Assembly: GCA_000008885.1 (NCBI GenBank)
Contig: BA000021.3
Coordinates: forward strand, 300,001-332,000
Length of the DNA stretch: 32,000 nucleotides
DNA from: Wigglesworthia glossinidia endosymbiont of Glossina brevipalpis
GTDB taxonomy: Bacteria > Pseudomonadota > Gammaproteobacteria > Enterobacterales > Enterobacteriaceae
Reading direction: 5' to 3'
The position numbers were made by a program, and so were the translations under genes. The notes beneath the pieces were generated by a model. The model saw only the letters and a program-made list of their open reading frames with translations. It made no database searches and was not told the DNA's origin. Each line of letters starts with the position of its first letter. Positions within the stretch are counted from its first letter, which is position 1. This document shows, one piece after another, positions 30,636-32,000 of this stretch.

Positions 30636-31544
30636 ATGAAGTACGCACTGGAAATAAAAAAATTAAGAAAAATATATAAAACGAATATATGTGCTATAAA
30701 TTCGATCGATTTAAAAGTAAAAATTGGTGATTTTTATGCTTTGCTAGGTCCAAACGGGGCTGGAAAATCTACAACTATAGGCATATTAAGCAGTTTAATA
30801 AAAAAGAGTTCTGGATTGGTAAAAATATTTGGATATGACATAGACAAAGATAAAATAAACACTAAAAAAAAAATTGGACTTGTTCCTCAAGAGTTTAATT
30901 TTAGTCCATTTGAAACTATAAATCAAATTGTTATCAATCAAGCTGGATTTTATGGAATAAAAAAAAGCATAGCTATTGATAGAGCTAAAAAATATCTCAA
31001 TAAACTAGAACTATGGGATCAAAGAAATAAACCAGCAAGAGTTCTATCTGGAGGAACAAAACGTAGATTAATGATTGCTAGAGCTTTGATGCATAAACCT
31101 AAAGTTTTAATTTTAGATGAACCTACTGCAGGAGTAGATGTAGAAATAAGAAGACTAATATGGAAATTGTTAATAAATCTTAATAAAAATGGCAAAACAA
31201 TAATACTAACTACTCATTATTTTGAAGAAGCAGAATTCTTATGTAATCATATTGGAATAATGCAATATGGAATTTTAATAAAAAATACTTCAATTCAAAA
31301 ATTATTATCTAAAGTTAAATCAGAAAAATTTATTTTAGAATCATCTAGCGATATCTCTAAAATAAAAATTGAAGGATACAATTTTAAAAATTTGCAAAAA
31401 AATACATTAGAAGTTGAAGTTGATAAAAAAAAAGGATTAAATGATTTATTTTTTCAACTTAATTCTCAAAATATACATATAATAAGCATGAGAAACAAGT
31501 CTAACAGATTAGAAGAACTATTCTTAAATTTAGTATCTAAATAA
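30636..31544 (+). CDS. yadG: ABC-2 type transporter, ATP-binding subunit YadG
   Basis: 302 aa. GDFYALLGPNGAGKSTTIGI, LGLVPQEFNF.PFET, LSGG.KRRLMIARALMH.PK.LILDEPTAGVD, IILTTHY.EEAE and SMRNK.NRLEELF are collinear with E. coli YadG. Confidence 0.9.
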   Translation: MKYALEIKKLRKIYKTNICAINSIDLKVKIGDFYALLGPNGAGKSTTIGILSSLIKKSSGLVKIFGYDIDKDKINTKKKIGLVPQEFNFSPFETINQIVINQAGFYGIKKSIAIDRAKKYLNKLELWDQRNKPARVLSGGTKRRLMIARALMHKPKVLILDEPTAGVDVEIRRLIWKLLINLNKNGKTIILTTHYFEEAEFLCNHIGIMQYGILIKNTSIQKLLSKVKSEKFILESSSDISKIKIEGYNFKNLQKNTLEVEVDKKKGLNDLFFQLNSQNIHIISMRNKSNRLEELFLNLVSK

Positions 31545-31549
31545 ATTTT

Positions 31550-32000
31550 ATGGAATTGAAAATGAAACAGTCTAATTGGATTGCGTTAAAAAGTATTTTA
31601 TGCAAAGAAATATCTAGATTTTCTAGAATATGGGGTCAAACTTTAGTTCCTCCAGTGATAACTATGATGCTTTATTTTTTTATTTTTGGAAATTTAATTG
31701 GAGTAAATTTAGAAAAAATTCAAGGATTTTCTTATATGGAATTTATCATTCCAGGAATGATAATGATGTCTGTTATTACAAATTCTTATAGTAATGTTTC
31801 TTCTTCTTTTTTTAGCGCTAAATTTCAAAGAAACATAGAAGAAATGTTGATTGCCCCAATCCCAGTTTATGTTATTATTTTTGGATATATAGGAGGAGGA
31901 ATAGCACGCGCAATATGCGTAGGGGGACTAGTAAGTATAGTATCTTTATTTTTTTTGGTTATAAAAATAAAACAATTAATTATAATTTTATCAATATTAA
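31550..32000 (+). CDS. yadH: ABC-2 type transporter permease YadH (partial; continues beyond the window end)
   Basis: Not in the ORF track because it is truncated. Hand translation gives MELKMKQSNWIALKSILCKEISRFSRIWGQTLVPPVITMMLYFFIFGNLIG...FSYMEFIIPGMIMMSVITNSYSNVSSSFFSAKFQRNIEEMLIAPIP..., which matches E. coli YadH. The start could instead be the ATG at 31562. Confidence 0.85.
   Translation, partial: MELKMKQSNWIALKSILCKEISRFSRIWGQTLVPPVITMMLYFFIFGNLIGVNLEKIQGFSYMEFIIPGMIMMSVITNSYSNVSSSFFSAKFQRNIEEMLIAPIPVYVIIFGYIGGGIARAICVGGLVSIVSLFFLVIKIKQLIIILSIL

Overview
Extremely AT-rich, gene-dense window. Almost every long ORF is a recognisable gammaproteobacterial housekeeping gene. Several blocks keep E. 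coli-like local order: rpsF-rpsR-rplI, recC-recB-recD, dapF-yigB-uvrD-corA, hslU-hslV-ftsN...rpmE and yadG-yadH. This is the signature of a reduced obligate insect endosymbiont of the Enterobacterales (Wigglesworthia/Buchnera/Blochmannia-like). The exact organism cannot be assigned without a database search. I saw no tRNA/rRNA genes, CRISPR arrays, transposases, integrases or any defence-island architecture, so I do not claim a new multi-gene system. Points worth a second look: (1) A well-formed 68-aa ORF between groES and rplI has TraR/DksA hallmarks (N-terminal DxxDxA, C4 zinc ribbon, CVEC...ERQRK tail), its own Shine-Dalgarno and terminator, and visibly higher G+C than its surroundings. (2) recD is decayed (Walker A/B destroyed, 3' half broken into other frames with stops) next to apparently intact recB and recC. 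(3) amiB is split by a frameshift exactly inside an A10 tract while its catalytic motifs stay intact, making it a candidate for transcriptional-slippage rescue. (4) FtsN is naturally minimised to 88 aa, ending just after the essential PPKP..RW.Y.KELE peptide and lacking the SPOR domain. (5) Synteny implies clean loss of priB, priA/cytR, xerC/yigA and ptrA. (6) There is a textbook sigma-32 promoter for groESL, plus long perfect A/T-only palindromes in spacers. All protein identifications rest on by-eye comparison with remembered E. coli sequences, and no computation was run.
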